Source: Octopus sinensis | Taxonomy: Eukaryota | Direction of reading: 5' to 3' | DNA length: 64,000 bases | Assembly: GCF_006345805.1 (NCBI RefSeq) | Contig: NC_043003.1 | Span: 106,144,001-106,208,000 of the forward strand | Shown here: positions 10,954 through 23,484 of the stretch, in pieces | How positions within the stretch are numbered: the stretch's first letter is position 1 | Layout of the letters: the number at the start of each line of letters is the position of its first letter | Made by a program: the position numbers and the translations under genes | Notes under the pieces: generated by a model | Told to the model about the DNA's origin: nothing | The model's input: the letters and a program-made list of their open reading frames with translations, nothing else | Databases searched by the model: none

Positions 10954-11355
10954 TATTAACGCCTATGTTTGAACTCAACTTCCTTTGTTAATATAACAAA
11001 AACCGTTAGGGACCTACTTTCCTCTCTCAGTCATTAAGTATAGCGCTTTAGTGACTTTGGGGTTCATTTGACTGCTATTTTAGCATAAGCGGTGCTAGTC
11101 AATACATTCTGTCACTTTTGTAATCTCTGTTAATTTTTGCCTTCATGTTCTAATTGCTAATAAGCCACCCTTTAATTTATATGTGTGTGTTGATGCAAAC
11201 AGGAAAAATAGAACTCAAAACGTGAGTATATGTATATTCATTCATATCAATATTTAGCAGACGAAGAAGAGCGACTCAAGGTCGCAGACTTTCGTGCCTT
11301 GGAACTTACCAAACTTGTCACAAGTCAAATGCCTGTGATTTTATATAGCTGTCGA

Positions 11356-11386
<31 letters not shown>

Positions 11387-11972
11387 ATATATTTCCCTGT
11401 AGAATGATCTAGAATGAATTATAATATCACGCAAATAATTCAAAAGGTTTGCATGTCATGTCGTTCAATAAGCAAATACATAGATTAATATGAAAATAAG
11501 GAGGGGGAAAAAGTAAAAAGAAATCTTGTGCGTGTAATCACACACGCATACACACATATTCACACACATACACACACCAAAACAAACACCCCCCCCACAA
11601 AATTCGCACATGCATATAGTGTTCATAAATTAGGCGCATAAACGCGGATACACGTATGTATGCGCACGCAGAGTAATCGTGTCCGTACAGACTCGTGTAT
11701 GTGCTTGAAAGCGCATGCGTACACACGTATACATACGTAGACAATCCTAAACGCATTAATTACGCACACATACACCGTTTAACTTTTACTTGTTTTACTG
11801 TAATTGGATTTGGAACATGCTGGGGCACCGCCGTGAAGGGTTTTGTCAAACAAGTCAACCTCGGTGCTCCTTTTCTTTAAGTCTGGTACTTATTCTATCG
11901 TCTTTTGTTGTCGGACCGCTAAGTTACGGGGACATCTAGAAACCAACGCCAGTCGTTAAACGGTGGCTGGGG

Positions 11973-12019
<47 letters not shown>

Positions 12020-12028
12020 CACACACAC

Positions 12029-12068
<40 letters not shown>

Positions 12069-12076
12069 TCACTCTT

Positions 12077-12111
<35 letters not shown>

Positions 12112-12126
12112 ACACACACACACACA

Positions 12127-12182
<56 letters not shown>

Positions 12183-12227
12183 GTTTAACGTACACAGTTA
12201 ATAGTTAAGAGCTACTAATAGTTTCAT

Positions 12228-12465
12228 GTGGAGGTACATGGCCTAGTGGTTTGAGCAGCGGACTCACGGTCGAGGGATCGCGGGTTCAAATCTCAGACCG
12301 GGCGATGTGTGTATTTATGAGCGAAACACCTAAGTTCCACGCGGCTCCGGCAGAAGGTAATGGCGAACTTCTGCTGACTCTTTCGGCACAACTTTCTCCA
12401 GGTGGGGAACCCATACGCCATGGAAACCGGCCCTTATGAGCCTGGCGTGGCTCGAGAAGGAACAA
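12228..12465 (+). mobile_element. tRNA-Arg-headed SINE family B (internally deleted)
   Basis: TGGCCTAGTGG...GGTTCAAATCTC head; body matches 32180-32475; possibly the octopus OR1/OR2 type (unverified). Confidence 0.8.
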
Positions 12466-12499
12466 ACTAATAGTTTCATAAAGTTAATCCAAACAATGA

Positions 12500-12665
12500 A
12501 AGCACAAAAAAACTCAACAACGCGAGGACGTGGAACAAATATAGCATTATTGGACGCTCAGGAAAGAAGGAAGGTTTAACGTTTCGAGTGGAGCTCTTCG
12601 TCGGAAACATAGGAGAAGGAAAGATCCAGAGAAGGGAAGACAGAGGACAAAAAATCGCCAACGGT
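12500..12665 (-). mobile_element. Short dispersed repeat containing a hammerhead-like motif (copy 2 of 3)
   Basis: ttt-CCGACGA-A-GAGC tcc ACTC-GAAA-CG-TT-aaa at 12575-12607. Confidence 0.7.
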
Positions 12666-12936
12666 GCACACGAGGTCGCGATCTTTTTCAGCTAGTGTCT
12701 CCAAGCAATATTTAAAAAAGGTAAGGGGGAAAATTAGCTGCATTGTTAAAACGTTACAGCTCGCAACGTCTACAGCGGAAACGGTACGAGGCAAGAGTAC
12801 TAGAGAGAGAAAATGATACCAAATCCTCAAGAGGTTACACCGTTAACTGCTCAGACCTTATTTTTCGTAGATTTATTGTGACGCTTAAAACGGAACGGCT
12901 CTTGGTTGTGCCAATGAACACAATGGTAAAGCCAAT

Positions 12937-13129
12937 ACTTTACTCTTTTACTCGTTTCAGTCATTTGACTGCGGTCATGCTGGAGCACCGCCTTTAGTCG
13001 AACAAATCGACCCCGGGACTTATTCTTTGTCAGCCTGGTACTTATTATATCGGTATCTTTTGCCGAACTGCTCAGTTACTGGGACGTAAACACACCAGCA
13101 TCGGTGTCAAGCGATGGTCGGTGAAGGGA

Positions 13130-13168
<39 letters not shown>

Positions 13169-13362
13169 CACACACACACACACACACACACACGTATATG
13201 ACGGGCGTCCTTCAGTTTCCGACTACCAAATCCACTCACAAGGCTTTGGTCGGCCCGAGGCTATAGTAGAAAGACACTTGCTCAAGGTGTCACACAGTGG
13301 GACTGAACCCGGAACTATCTGGTTGTGCAGCAAGCTTCTTACCACACAGCCACTCCTGCGCC
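12937..13362 (-). mobile_element. Major tRNA-derived SINE
   Basis: Full-length match to 6202-6626. Confidence 0.9.
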
Positions 13363-13429
13363 TGTTTAGAAGACAATTAAAAAAAAAAAAAATTAAAGTG
13401 AAACTTCTCTGAAAAGTTATTTTTTTCTG

Positions 13430-13845
13430 GGATCTTTTCGGTTTGAACGGCAGTTTTTTTTAGCGGTGTCACATGAAATTGTCACCCATATTTATGACCC
13501 TAGTATCGATCTATTGTATTTCAATCTGTTTTAGGGTTAGGGTTAGTTAGGGTTAGGGGTGGGGGGAAGGGTATCTTTTTTTCTTCACAAATGTAAATAA
13601 ACCCAATCTGTTTCTTAAACGAGGGACATATTCATACGGCACAGAATGTTTTCACCTCAATAGACGTCATTGATTGGTTGAAATTGCAGAAATTGAAGAA
13701 AAGACAACAACAAATATCTTACAAACCATAGAATTTTCTCAATAAAGCGAAGAGAAAAAGATGTTTTATAAACACATTCTTCCAGTATAGGTAGTTTAAA
13801 ATTTTTTAGTTACCTAGAAAACTGCCGTTCAAACCGAAAAGATCC
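13430..13845. mobile_element. MITE with about 28-bp TIRs, 8-bp TSD and internal TTAGGG tract (Merlin- or hAT-like)
   Basis: GGATCTTTTCGGTTTGAACGGCAGTTTT / AAAACTGCCGTTCAAACCGAAAAGATCC; TTTTTCTG on both flanks. Confidence 0.9.
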
Positions 13846-14583
13846 TTTTTCTGACTAGAAAATTCCAGTTTGAAATGTTTAAGAAGCACTTGAAATTGCA
13901 CAAGATAAAAATGACTCTTGAAGCTGTTTTCATTTTCGAATTACAACTCGTATTTCCGTTACTCGTTGTATAGAGTATAAAGCGATGGCACTAAATTATT
14001 CATTTTCACTGAACTCCTTGCTGAAATGTTCCTCACAAAAATGATCTACTGTTGGATCAGTGATATTTGTTTCTCTTATTCCTATTTAGTATATGTGTGT
14101 ATGTGAAAAAACCCACACATTAATCATTGAATATCTACCAATATAGTACACGTGGTGACACGCTTTATAACAATAGATATGCGTTAACGGATGGGCAAAC
14201 ATTCGCATGATGCTTAAACAAAAGCAACAGATATGTCAATTCCAATAACTAAACCACTTCTTCCCTTATTATTAATTGTCGAGCTATATCATCGTTTTAG
14301 ATTACGTTTATTCTTTACTTTATTATGATCGGTTATCGCTTACATCAAAAGAAACAATCGAAACCAATGCCATACGATATATACACACACACTTACATGC
14401 GTCACGATGATACCAGCAATCAAGCAACGCTGTGTATGATATTTATTTGACGTAGTGAGAAAGAAACGACCAACCACCGACCACACCAATAGGAATTTAT
14501 TTTTAAATAGAGCAATTTGCCCTGGAATATATGGTTAATAGATCAACACCTTTGTACCAGTTTACTACAGGTATAACACCATC

Positions 14584-14744
14584 GAGCTGGCAGAAACGTT
14601 AGCACGCCGGGCGAAATGCGTAGCCGTATTTCGTCTGCTGTTACGTTCTGAGCTCAAATTCCGCCGAGATCGACTTTGCCTTTCCTCCTTTCGAGATCGA
14701 TAAATTAAGTACCAGTTACGCACTGGGGTCGATGCAATCGACTT
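14584..14744 (+). mobile_element. SINE family C
   Basis: GAGCTGGCAGAAACGTTAGC...GTCGACTTTGCCTTTCATCCTTTCG...CTGGGGTCGAT consensus; further copies at about 19560-19730, 21334-21490, 36040-36130, 41770-41935, 46725-46870. Confidence 0.8.
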
Positions 14745-15007
14745 ATATATATATATATATATTTGAGATTCAATATTTCATCTATTCAATAAGACAATCA
14801 ATACTTCAATTCATTTTACTATATATTATTTATACTATATATTCTATATTCTACATAAATAATATAAAGAATATAAGTAAAACATAAAAAACAGACAGAG
14901 TTGGAATTCATTTGAATAATATAGCCCTCTATACACAACCATACAAACCCCTTTATATATATATATATATATGTGGTGTGTGTGTGTATGTAATATGTGT
15001 ATGTATG

Positions 15008-15058
<51 letters not shown>

Positions 15059-15061
<3 letters not shown>

Positions 15062-15503
15062 CTCTTTTCTCTTTTACTTGTTTCAGTCATTCGACTGCGG
15101 CCATGCTGGAGCACCGCCTTTAGTCGAGCATATCGACCCCGGGACTTATTCTTTGTAAGCCCAATACTTATTCTATCGGTCTCTTTTGCCGAACCGCTAA
15201 GTGACGGGACGTAAACACACCAGCATCGGTTGTCAGGCAATGCTATAGGGGGACAAAACCAGACACACAACCCCCCCCCCCCACACCACCACACACACAC
15301 GCACACACACACACACACACTATATATATATACATATATACGACAGGCTTCTTTCAGTTTCCGTCTACCAAATCCACTCACAAGGCTTTGGTCGGCCCGG
15401 GGCTATAGCAGAAGACACATGTCCAAGATGCCACAGAGTGGGGCTGAACCCGGAACCATGTGGTTGGTTAGCAAGCTACTTACCACACAGCCACTCCTGC
15501 GCC
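15059..15503 (-). mobile_element. Major tRNA-derived SINE
   Basis: Full-length match to 6202-6626. Confidence 0.9.
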
Positions 15504-16908
15504 TATAATATACATATACATATGTGTGTGTGTGTGTGTGTATGTAAGTCGTTCCGTCACAGGATTACTCATGTTTGCCAGATTAATGGACTGGAACAAC
15601 GTAAAATTAAGTGTTTTGCTCAAGAATACAAAGCATTGCCCAGTATCGGACTCGAAATCACAATCTTACGATCACGACTCCAACACCCCAACCACTAAGC
15701 CATTTACCTCCATGGTACACTGACATCATTCATAGACCAGTGGTATGCTTCACACACATTGTCTATAACGAGATTTTTCTCTCTAGTGAAAGTCTTCTAA
15801 GTTTGAATGAGTGTACACGAACGTGCTAAATATAATTGTACGCGCCTATGTCACTTGACAAGTGTCTTTCACGCATTGCTTATTCACTGAATAAATAATC
15901 TGTTGTTTGTGTCATAAGATTCTAGAAACTTCGAGGGACATGAAACTATTCGTTTATAGAACTCGAAGTTGACCATGCTACAAACGTTAGCATGCTCATA
16001 TTGGTTTTAAAAAACTCTTGAATAGAAAAAATCGAAGGCTACCCGTGGAATACTAAGTTACATCTGTGACCCTGACAGACGTACAACCCCTGGACACATT
16101 CGTGTCCCATGCGAGGCTTTCGATCTTTCCTATTCAAAATGTTTTAAATCCAATATTTACGCGCTATTGTTTATAGCTTCATCTACTTCGAGTCCCTCAG
16201 TTACAACAAGTACTTTATTCTCTGAAATATACTAACGTTCTGCACCTACTCATCTACAATGTTGGACAACTCCCTTAATGATTCTCTGTTCACAACTTTA
16301 GCAAAGAAAGAGCCAAGGTTTCGCTGATGAGGTCTAATGACACCAAAACGTGTTCCCAGTTGTTTCCCTTGCTAGAATAATTGGTATAATATCAGTCATT
16401 GACTAAGATTGTCTTTTTCTCTCACCACTTAGTTATTTCTAGTAAGTTGTTTAATGCTTACTACGTTAAATATAATAACACTAATTTGACTGCTGTTTTG
16501 TGGCTATCTAAGCAATGTGTTCACGGATGACTGATGGGTTGGACGGGTGTTGATCAAGGAGCAAAAACTCCCGAAATATGGCACATGCACTCACTACCCA
16601 TTTTTCATCTTCCATATATATATATATATATATATCTGCCTTTACCTTCGAAACACGCATTGAGTTGAAACAGGGGCAGCTGATGAAGGGGAATATTCCT
16701 TGTATTGTTTGTCTTGTACTCTGTTTTTTCGTTGTTAAAAAAAGTCTGTTTCCTTGTTTGATTTTATGTTTTCGTTTCTCGTTGTGTTCTACGTTTATTT
16801 GTGGTGTCCTGTACTCGTATATGCATGTATATATACATCTAGATGTAGGTATGTACATATATGTATGTATGTAGTATGTATGTTTATGTTTTATTATTAA
16901 ATTGTTAT

Positions 16909-16956
<48 letters not shown>

Positions 16957-17278
16957 GGATGACCTGTAAGTGGACATCCATTATGCTAGAAGAAGATCGC
17001 TATGGTCTTACTACTAAGGAAGGAATGTTCTCAAGAAAAATTTAGCAAACGCCAGAACGTAAGCAAGCAAGACAAATGAAAAGAAACAAAATATAGATTA
17101 ATAACAGGTTTCGTTGTTAATGTGTTACGTAACCATTTACGTAATCATCAACAAACTCGTCAGTGTGATCGTTTTAGTAACTATAATTTGCAGAACTATA
17201 CACGAGACGTCCCCATGAGATAGAACATGTATACAGTTCTACCAATTACAATTGGAGTCACTTTTCAAAAGCCTTCGT

Positions 17279-17292
17279 TTTGGCGCGCCAAA
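17279..17292. promoter_or_regulatory. Palindromic E2F-type motif TTTGGCGCGCCAAA
   Basis: Perfect 14-bp palindrome in unique sequence, with CCAAT/ATTGG at 17242-17255 and TTCAAA at 17264-17269; no linked gene identified. Confidence 0.3.
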
Positions 17293-17506
17293 CTACCGGG
17301 AATATTTCTGCAGAAAATAATTCTCTGCAGTGAATTTTGCAGGTTAGAGAACATAGCTATTTAAATTTAAAATAATAAGGGTGAAAAATTGAATATTAAT
17401 TCAATTAATATCAAAGAATTTATGTTGTATGATATTTGATAGACTTGTATTTGCCTGCCACTGGTCACCTGACCACACTGAGTTAAATCATGCTTCCTTA
17501 TATATA

Positions 17507-18809
17507 CGAGAGGAAGTCAAAAATTATCTGCACTTTCGCCTTAACATATCTTTATTATTGTCACACTGCCTTCTGCGCATGCTTGCTTATAGTTGGTACT
17601 ATTGTGGTCATGTGATCGAAGTTTGAGCCTGATCGCGCCCATTTTTCTTTCCGGCTTTACAGTGTAAGCATGGCCGCTCCACTAGCAATGTGCACCAAAG
17701 AAGAACAAAAAGCAGTGATCTGATTTCTCTGGTCATCAGGTGTGTGAGGTGCTGAAATTTATTGGAGGCTTTTAGCACAATACAGGGATAGTGCACTACC
17801 ATGTAGACGTGTGTATGAGTGGATTGAGAAGTTTAAAAGTGGCCAGACAAGAGGGAGAAGGGACCCCGTCAACCTCCACCACTGACGAGAAGATTCAGCA
17901 AGCTCAAGAGATGCTATTGGTGAACCGGTGAGTTACCATTGATGAGGTGGCTCGTTCTCTGCAGATTAGTCATGGTTCTGCCAATCAAATCATCCAAAAT
18001 GAGCCCCGGCCTCGATAAAGTCTGTGCAAGATGGGTGCCAAGAGAGCTTACTGCAGAGCACAAGCCCAAACGTCTTCAGGGTCTGCCAATGTTTACTCGA
18101 TCTCTACAACAATGAGGGCGAGGAATTTTTGAGCAGAATAGTCACAGGAGATGAAACGTGGGTTCATCATTATGAGGCAGAATCTAAAAGACGGAGTATG
18201 GAGTAGAAACATCCTGATTGGCCAGCGACGAAGAAATTTGAATTTCTTGAGACTCAGTCTTCCGCAGCAAAAACGATGCTAACCGTTTTTTGGAGACTCA
18301 AATACTAGATTACCTGGAGAAATGGGTGTATGATCAAAAGTGCAAGATACAGTGCTTTGTTGGCCAATAAACTGAAGCCAGCAATTTGCACCAAATGCCA
18401 AAGCCTATTGTCAAAGAAAGTTTTGTTGTTGTATGACAATGCACACCCATACACGGCCACCCAGACTGTTGAAACCATTAATCAATTAGGTTTTGAGGTG
18501 CTGGAATACCCTGCCTACAGCCCAGATCTCGCCCCTTTCAACTATCGTAGTATTTTGGACCGCTCAAAAAGATGGTTTACGAGGTCGTCCGTTTCCTACG
18601 GATGAAGATGTGAAGGAAACGGTGCATAAATGGTTGCATGAACAACCGAAAACCTTCTTCTTGGAGGGAATACGCAAGATTGAGGGCCGCTGGACCAAGT
18701 GCATCGGAAAGGAAGAAGGCTATAGGAAAATTACATACTTGTTTATCCCTTGCTTTTGTGTAAATACACTGAAAAAACAAGAATGCGTATAATTTTTTAC
18801 TCTCCCTCG
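17507..18809 (+). mobile_element. Full-length defective mariner transposon (irritans-like)
   Basis: Imperfect TIRs CGAG.G...AAAAATTAT in TA context; transposase from 17670 with CARWVPRELT, IVTGDETWVHHYE, YDNAHP, YSPDLAP; stops and frameshifts. Confidence 0.93.
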
Positions 18810-18810
18810 T

Positions 18811-18860
<50 letters not shown>

Positions 18861-18937
18861 GCAACGTGGAAGATGTTTATAAGCCATTTAAAAGCACACA
18901 GCAAACGTTAGATTCACTTCAACATTTAAATTTAATT

Positions 18938-18984
18938 TGCCAAAATATTTTCGGCGCTTTGAGACCGCGACCTGATCACTGACA
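18938..18984 (-). ncRNA. G3-C8 variant hammerhead motif (mirror copy)
   Basis: TGTCA-GTGATCA-G-GTCGC ggtctcaaa GCGCC-GAAA-ATAT-TT-TGGCA. Confidence 0.68.
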
Positions 18985-19004
18985 AAATTATGTGCTGCCG
19001 GAAT

Positions 19005-19051
19005 TGTCAGTGAACAGGTCGCGGTCTCAAAGCGACGAAAATATTTTGGCA
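19005..19051 (+). ncRNA. G3-C8 variant minimal hammerhead ribozyme motif
   Basis: TGTCA-GTGAACA-G-GTCGC ggtctcaaa GCGAC-GAAA-ATAT-TT-TGGCA. Confidence 0.72.
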
Positions 19052-19204
19052 AATTAAATTTAAATGTTGAAGTGAATCTAACGGTTTTGTGTGTTTCTTA
19101 AATGGCTTATAAAACACCTTCCACGCTGCAATTGTTTTCGTTCCAGCACACGATCTCTGATCAGGTCACTTGCTATGGAAGTACATCTCCGTAACACACA
19201 AACC

Positions 19205-19239
<35 letters not shown>

Positions 19240-19272
19240 CCACAACACAACCACCACACACATATATATATA

Positions 19273-19348
19273 TATAAAAGTAAATAAATGGTACAACGAA
19301 GCACCCATATTACTGGAAAATAGCGAACGTAATAAATACGACGCTAAG

Positions 19349-19388
<40 letters not shown>

Positions 19389-19452
19389 TAAATAAATGGT
19401 ACAACGAAGCATATTTATGGAAAATAGCGAATAATAAATACGACGATAATGT
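19273..19452. repeat. Tandem duplication of about 75 bp separated by (TA)n
   Basis: TAAAAGTAAATAAATGGTACAACGAAGCA...GGAAAATAGCGAA...AATAAATACGACG occurs twice. Confidence 0.85.
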
Positions 19453-19453
19453 A

Positions 19454-19491
<38 letters not shown>

Positions 19492-20262
19492 CTACTACTA
19501 CTGCTAATAATAATCCTTTCTACTATAGGCACAAGACCTGAAATTTGGTAGGAAATTTGGTCAAGTCGATTACATCGACCCCAGTACTCAACTGCTACTT
19601 ATTTTATCCACCCCGAAAGGATGAAAGGCAAAGTGGATCTGGATAGAATTTGAGCTCAGAAAATAAGGACGGCAGAAATGCCACGAAGCATTTTGCCCGG
19701 CGTGCTAACGCTTCTGCCAGCTCACCACCTTCAATAATGATTAATCATAATAATAATAATGATGATGATGATGGTGATAGTGTGTATCATCATAATTAAC
19801 TGTTGCCATGGATACTACTACATCACTTACCTCTCACTTTATGAATGCTTTTGTTACTTTTCTGTTGTCTTTTTTCTCTATTCACTGACACACACACACA
19901 CACACACACACTCACTCACACACACACGCACACACGCACACACACACGCACACACACTCACTCACACACACACGCACACTCACACACGCACACGCACTCA
20001 CTCACACACACACACACTCACACACACTCACTCACACGCACACACACACACTCACACACACCACACGCACACACACACCCACACTCACTCACACACTACG
20101 TTTATTCACACACATTATCTTCGTTGTTCGCATCATCATCATCTTCATCATACACACCTGTCTATACACCTCTTACTCTCTTTACGTCTCTCCTGCTTCC
20201 CCCCTCTCTCTCTCTATCTATCTCGCACTCTCCCTCAATTTCTCATCTTGCACAATTTCGTT

Positions 20263-20367
<105 letters not shown>

Positions 20368-20372
20368 ATATA

Positions 20373-20752
20373 GGCGCAGGAGTGGCTGTGTGGTAAGTAG
20401 CTTGCTAACCAACCACATGGTTCCGGGTTCAATCCCACTGTGTGGCACCTTGGGCAAGTGTCTTCTACTATAGCCTTGGGCCGACCAATGCCTTGTGAGT
20501 GGATTTGGTAGACGGAAACTGAAAGAAGCCTGTGATATATGTATATATTATATAATATATATATGTGTGTGTGTTTGTCCCCCTAGCATTGCTTGACAAC
20601 CGATGCTGGTGTGTTTACGTCCCCGTTACTTAGCGGTTCGGCAAAAGAGACCGACAGAATAAGTACTAGGCTTACGAAGAATAAGTCCTGGGGTCGATTT
20701 GCTCGACTAAAGGCGGTGCTCCAGCATGGCCACAGTCAAATGACTGAAACAA
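20373..20752 (+). mobile_element. Major tRNA-derived SINE
   Basis: Full-length match. Confidence 0.9.
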
Positions 20753-20827
20753 CCCATACACACCTTTTGGCTACCCTGTCTGTTTCTTATCCTCTCACTA
20801 CCTCTCCAGATTTCTCTTCTTCACCCA

Positions 20828-20888
<61 letters not shown>

Positions 20889-21287
20889 TAAGCTGTCCTC
20901 CTCCTCTCATTCAGTTCTATCTTCTTTCTAATCTTCTCCCATTCTCGCCCGTCTTTTGGCTTTCCAGTTTCTTCTCTGCAATATATTTGATTTACCTCCC
21001 TTCATCTGTCACACATCTTCTAAAATCTGTCCCTTTAATTATCATATTTTCATCATCACCGCTCCTAATCTTCATTTTCTACCTCCCTCCCACCGTCTCT
21101 TTCTTTCCCAACTCTCTCTCTCTCTCTCTCTCATTCATTTATACCATCATCATCATCATTCGCCTTACCAAAAGTCAATTATTCCACAACAAATACATTA
21201 TATCGTCTCCTAGAACAGTTTCAAGTGTGTGTGTGTGTGTGTGTATATAAAATGTTTCAGTCCGAAAGCTGCGGCCATACTGGGGCA

Positions 21288-21335
<48 letters not shown>

Positions 21336-21510
21336 TTCAAATTCCGCTGAGGTCGACTTTGCCTTTCATCCTTTCGAGGTCGATAAATTAAGTACCAGTT
21401 ACACACTGGGTCGATGGAATCGACTTAATCGCTTTGTCTGTCCTTGTTTGTCCCCTCTGTGTTTAGCCCCTTGTGGGTAGTAAAGAAATATATATATATA
21501 TATTATATAT

Positions 21511-21541
<31 letters not shown>

Positions 21542-21696
21542 GAGTGTGTATAATAATGTATATAGTATCGGGCGAGCGAGTCTATTTGCATTTCCAACAC
21601 AATGAAACGTGTGGATAAAATTACATGACAGGTGTGTATGATAATATATATACACATATATGTATGTATACAAACATAGATGCGTGCATACAAAGG

Positions 21697-21758
<62 letters not shown>

Positions 21759-21976
21759 CGTGTGTGTAATATGTTTGGTCAGAATACAACACCTATATAT
21801 ACCTGTGTGTTCAGGTGTGTGTATTTCATTGAATGAATGAACGTGGCTCGATGGATGGGAATATACAGAATGAAAGAAGGAGAGAGAAACGAATAAGGAA
21901 GGAAAGGTGTATTGTAGTGACAAAGACTGCAACTAGAAAACCAGAGAAGGATGAGAGATGCAGAGGGAGAGAAAGA

Positions 21977-22017
<41 letters not shown>

Positions 22018-22600
22018 TTGCAAGCTTGAAGCTACAACATTACAAGCAGCAGATAAGAAAACAGCAGACCTTCAAGCAAATGAAATGACAAGAAAAATTA
22101 ACATCAACTGGGGAATATGATGACACGCACGACACAAGCAACAATGACTCATAAATAAAATGATAATGAATGATAAAAGATAAATAAATAAGATGGAGCA
22201 AGGAGGCTGGTGTGATTGTGATGAATGACAACAAAAAAATGATGATGATGGTGATGAGGAAAAAGATGTGATGCTTGATGACAATGTGTTGTGTGGTGTT
22301 GTCACGCTCGTCAACGACAATTGCACGAAAACAGTGTCACATGGATCTGATGTCGCTAACCAAGCTCAGATCCAGAAAAGTCAATGGATCCGACAGGGAA
22401 GCGATATCAGACAAATTATTGAATGCTAAGATGACATTCTCTCTACTGCTGCTGCTGCTGCCGCTGCTGTTTTTTTCCCCTTTCGCTTTGTGACTTTCAT
22501 TTTTTTTATTTATTTCTTAATCCTTCACGTATTTTCCCCGGTTTTCCAGTATTTCTTCGATTTATATTTTACATTATTCACAAGATCTCCCCCCCCTCCT

Positions 22601-22645
<45 letters not shown>

Positions 22646-22709
22646 TAATTTGATTCTATCAGTAAAACTGACTGAAAATGGAAGACGAGCACACGACATA
22701 TTCTCCCCT

Positions 22710-22777
<68 letters not shown>

Positions 22778-22959
22778 TGTATGTATGTATGTATGTATTA
22801 TACGTACATACATGTACGTATGTTATATTATTTGAAAATACACTTAAATACACCCACGCATACCAATATCGATCCACCTACCTTTATACATATTGATTTC
22901 ATTTATTTACCTGTATAACGTACTATCTCTTTAACTCTCCCTCTCGCTCGCTTCCTATT

Positions 22960-22994
22960 TATCTATCTATCTATCATTCTATCTATCTATTTAC

Positions 22995-23025
<31 letters not shown>

Positions 23026-23040
23026 CCTATATCTATCTGC

Positions 23041-23075
<35 letters not shown>

Positions 23076-23079
23076 CCTA

Positions 23080-23113
<34 letters not shown>

Positions 23114-23141
23114 CCTATATCTATATCTATCTATCTACCTA

Positions 23142-23183
<42 letters not shown>

Positions 23184-23250
23184 CCTATATCTATCTATCT
23201 ATCTATCTCCTATATCTATCTGTCTGTCTATCTATCTATCTATCTATCTG

Positions 23251-23310
<60 letters not shown>
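22960..23310. repeat. (ATCT)n compound microsatellite
   Basis: Direct observation. Confidence 0.95.
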
Positions 23311-23311
<1 letters not shown>

Positions 23312-23484
23312 GTGTGTGCGTCTATGTATGTATATATTATAATGTATGTATGTCATTATTCCGTTTCATTTCAAGATTTCTTGCCAACAGAGAAAGAACT
23401 GGTTTCGAACCCGAATCCAAGGCTCCTTCATTCGAATTTCATCAAATTCAACAGGGTATTTTTTTTTTTACGTATGTGTGTGTA

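Larger units (their letters stand above)
10651..11131. mobile_element. Foldback element (about 125-bp imperfect arms) enclosing two tandem hammerhead motifs
   Basis: 10651-10777 pairs with 11003-11131; internal direct repeat 10808-10876 / 10924-10992. Confidence 0.8.
18857..19133. repeat. Long palindrome (about 130-bp arms) with a variant hammerhead in each arm
   Basis: 18857-18989 is the near-perfect reverse complement of 19002-19133. Confidence 0.92.

Noticed and set aside
13531-13566. TTAGGG repeats as telomere or fusion scar
   Set aside because: Short and enclosed within a MITE with TIRs and TSD
17670-18730. Possible functional or domesticated mariner transposase (also 55620-56642)
   Set aside because: Multiple stops and frameshifts; TIRs still present
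21800-22560. Long transposon-free low-complexity stretch, possible 5' UTR exon on minus strand
   Set aside because: No recognisable protein and no linked downstream exons; cannot be supported from sequence alone
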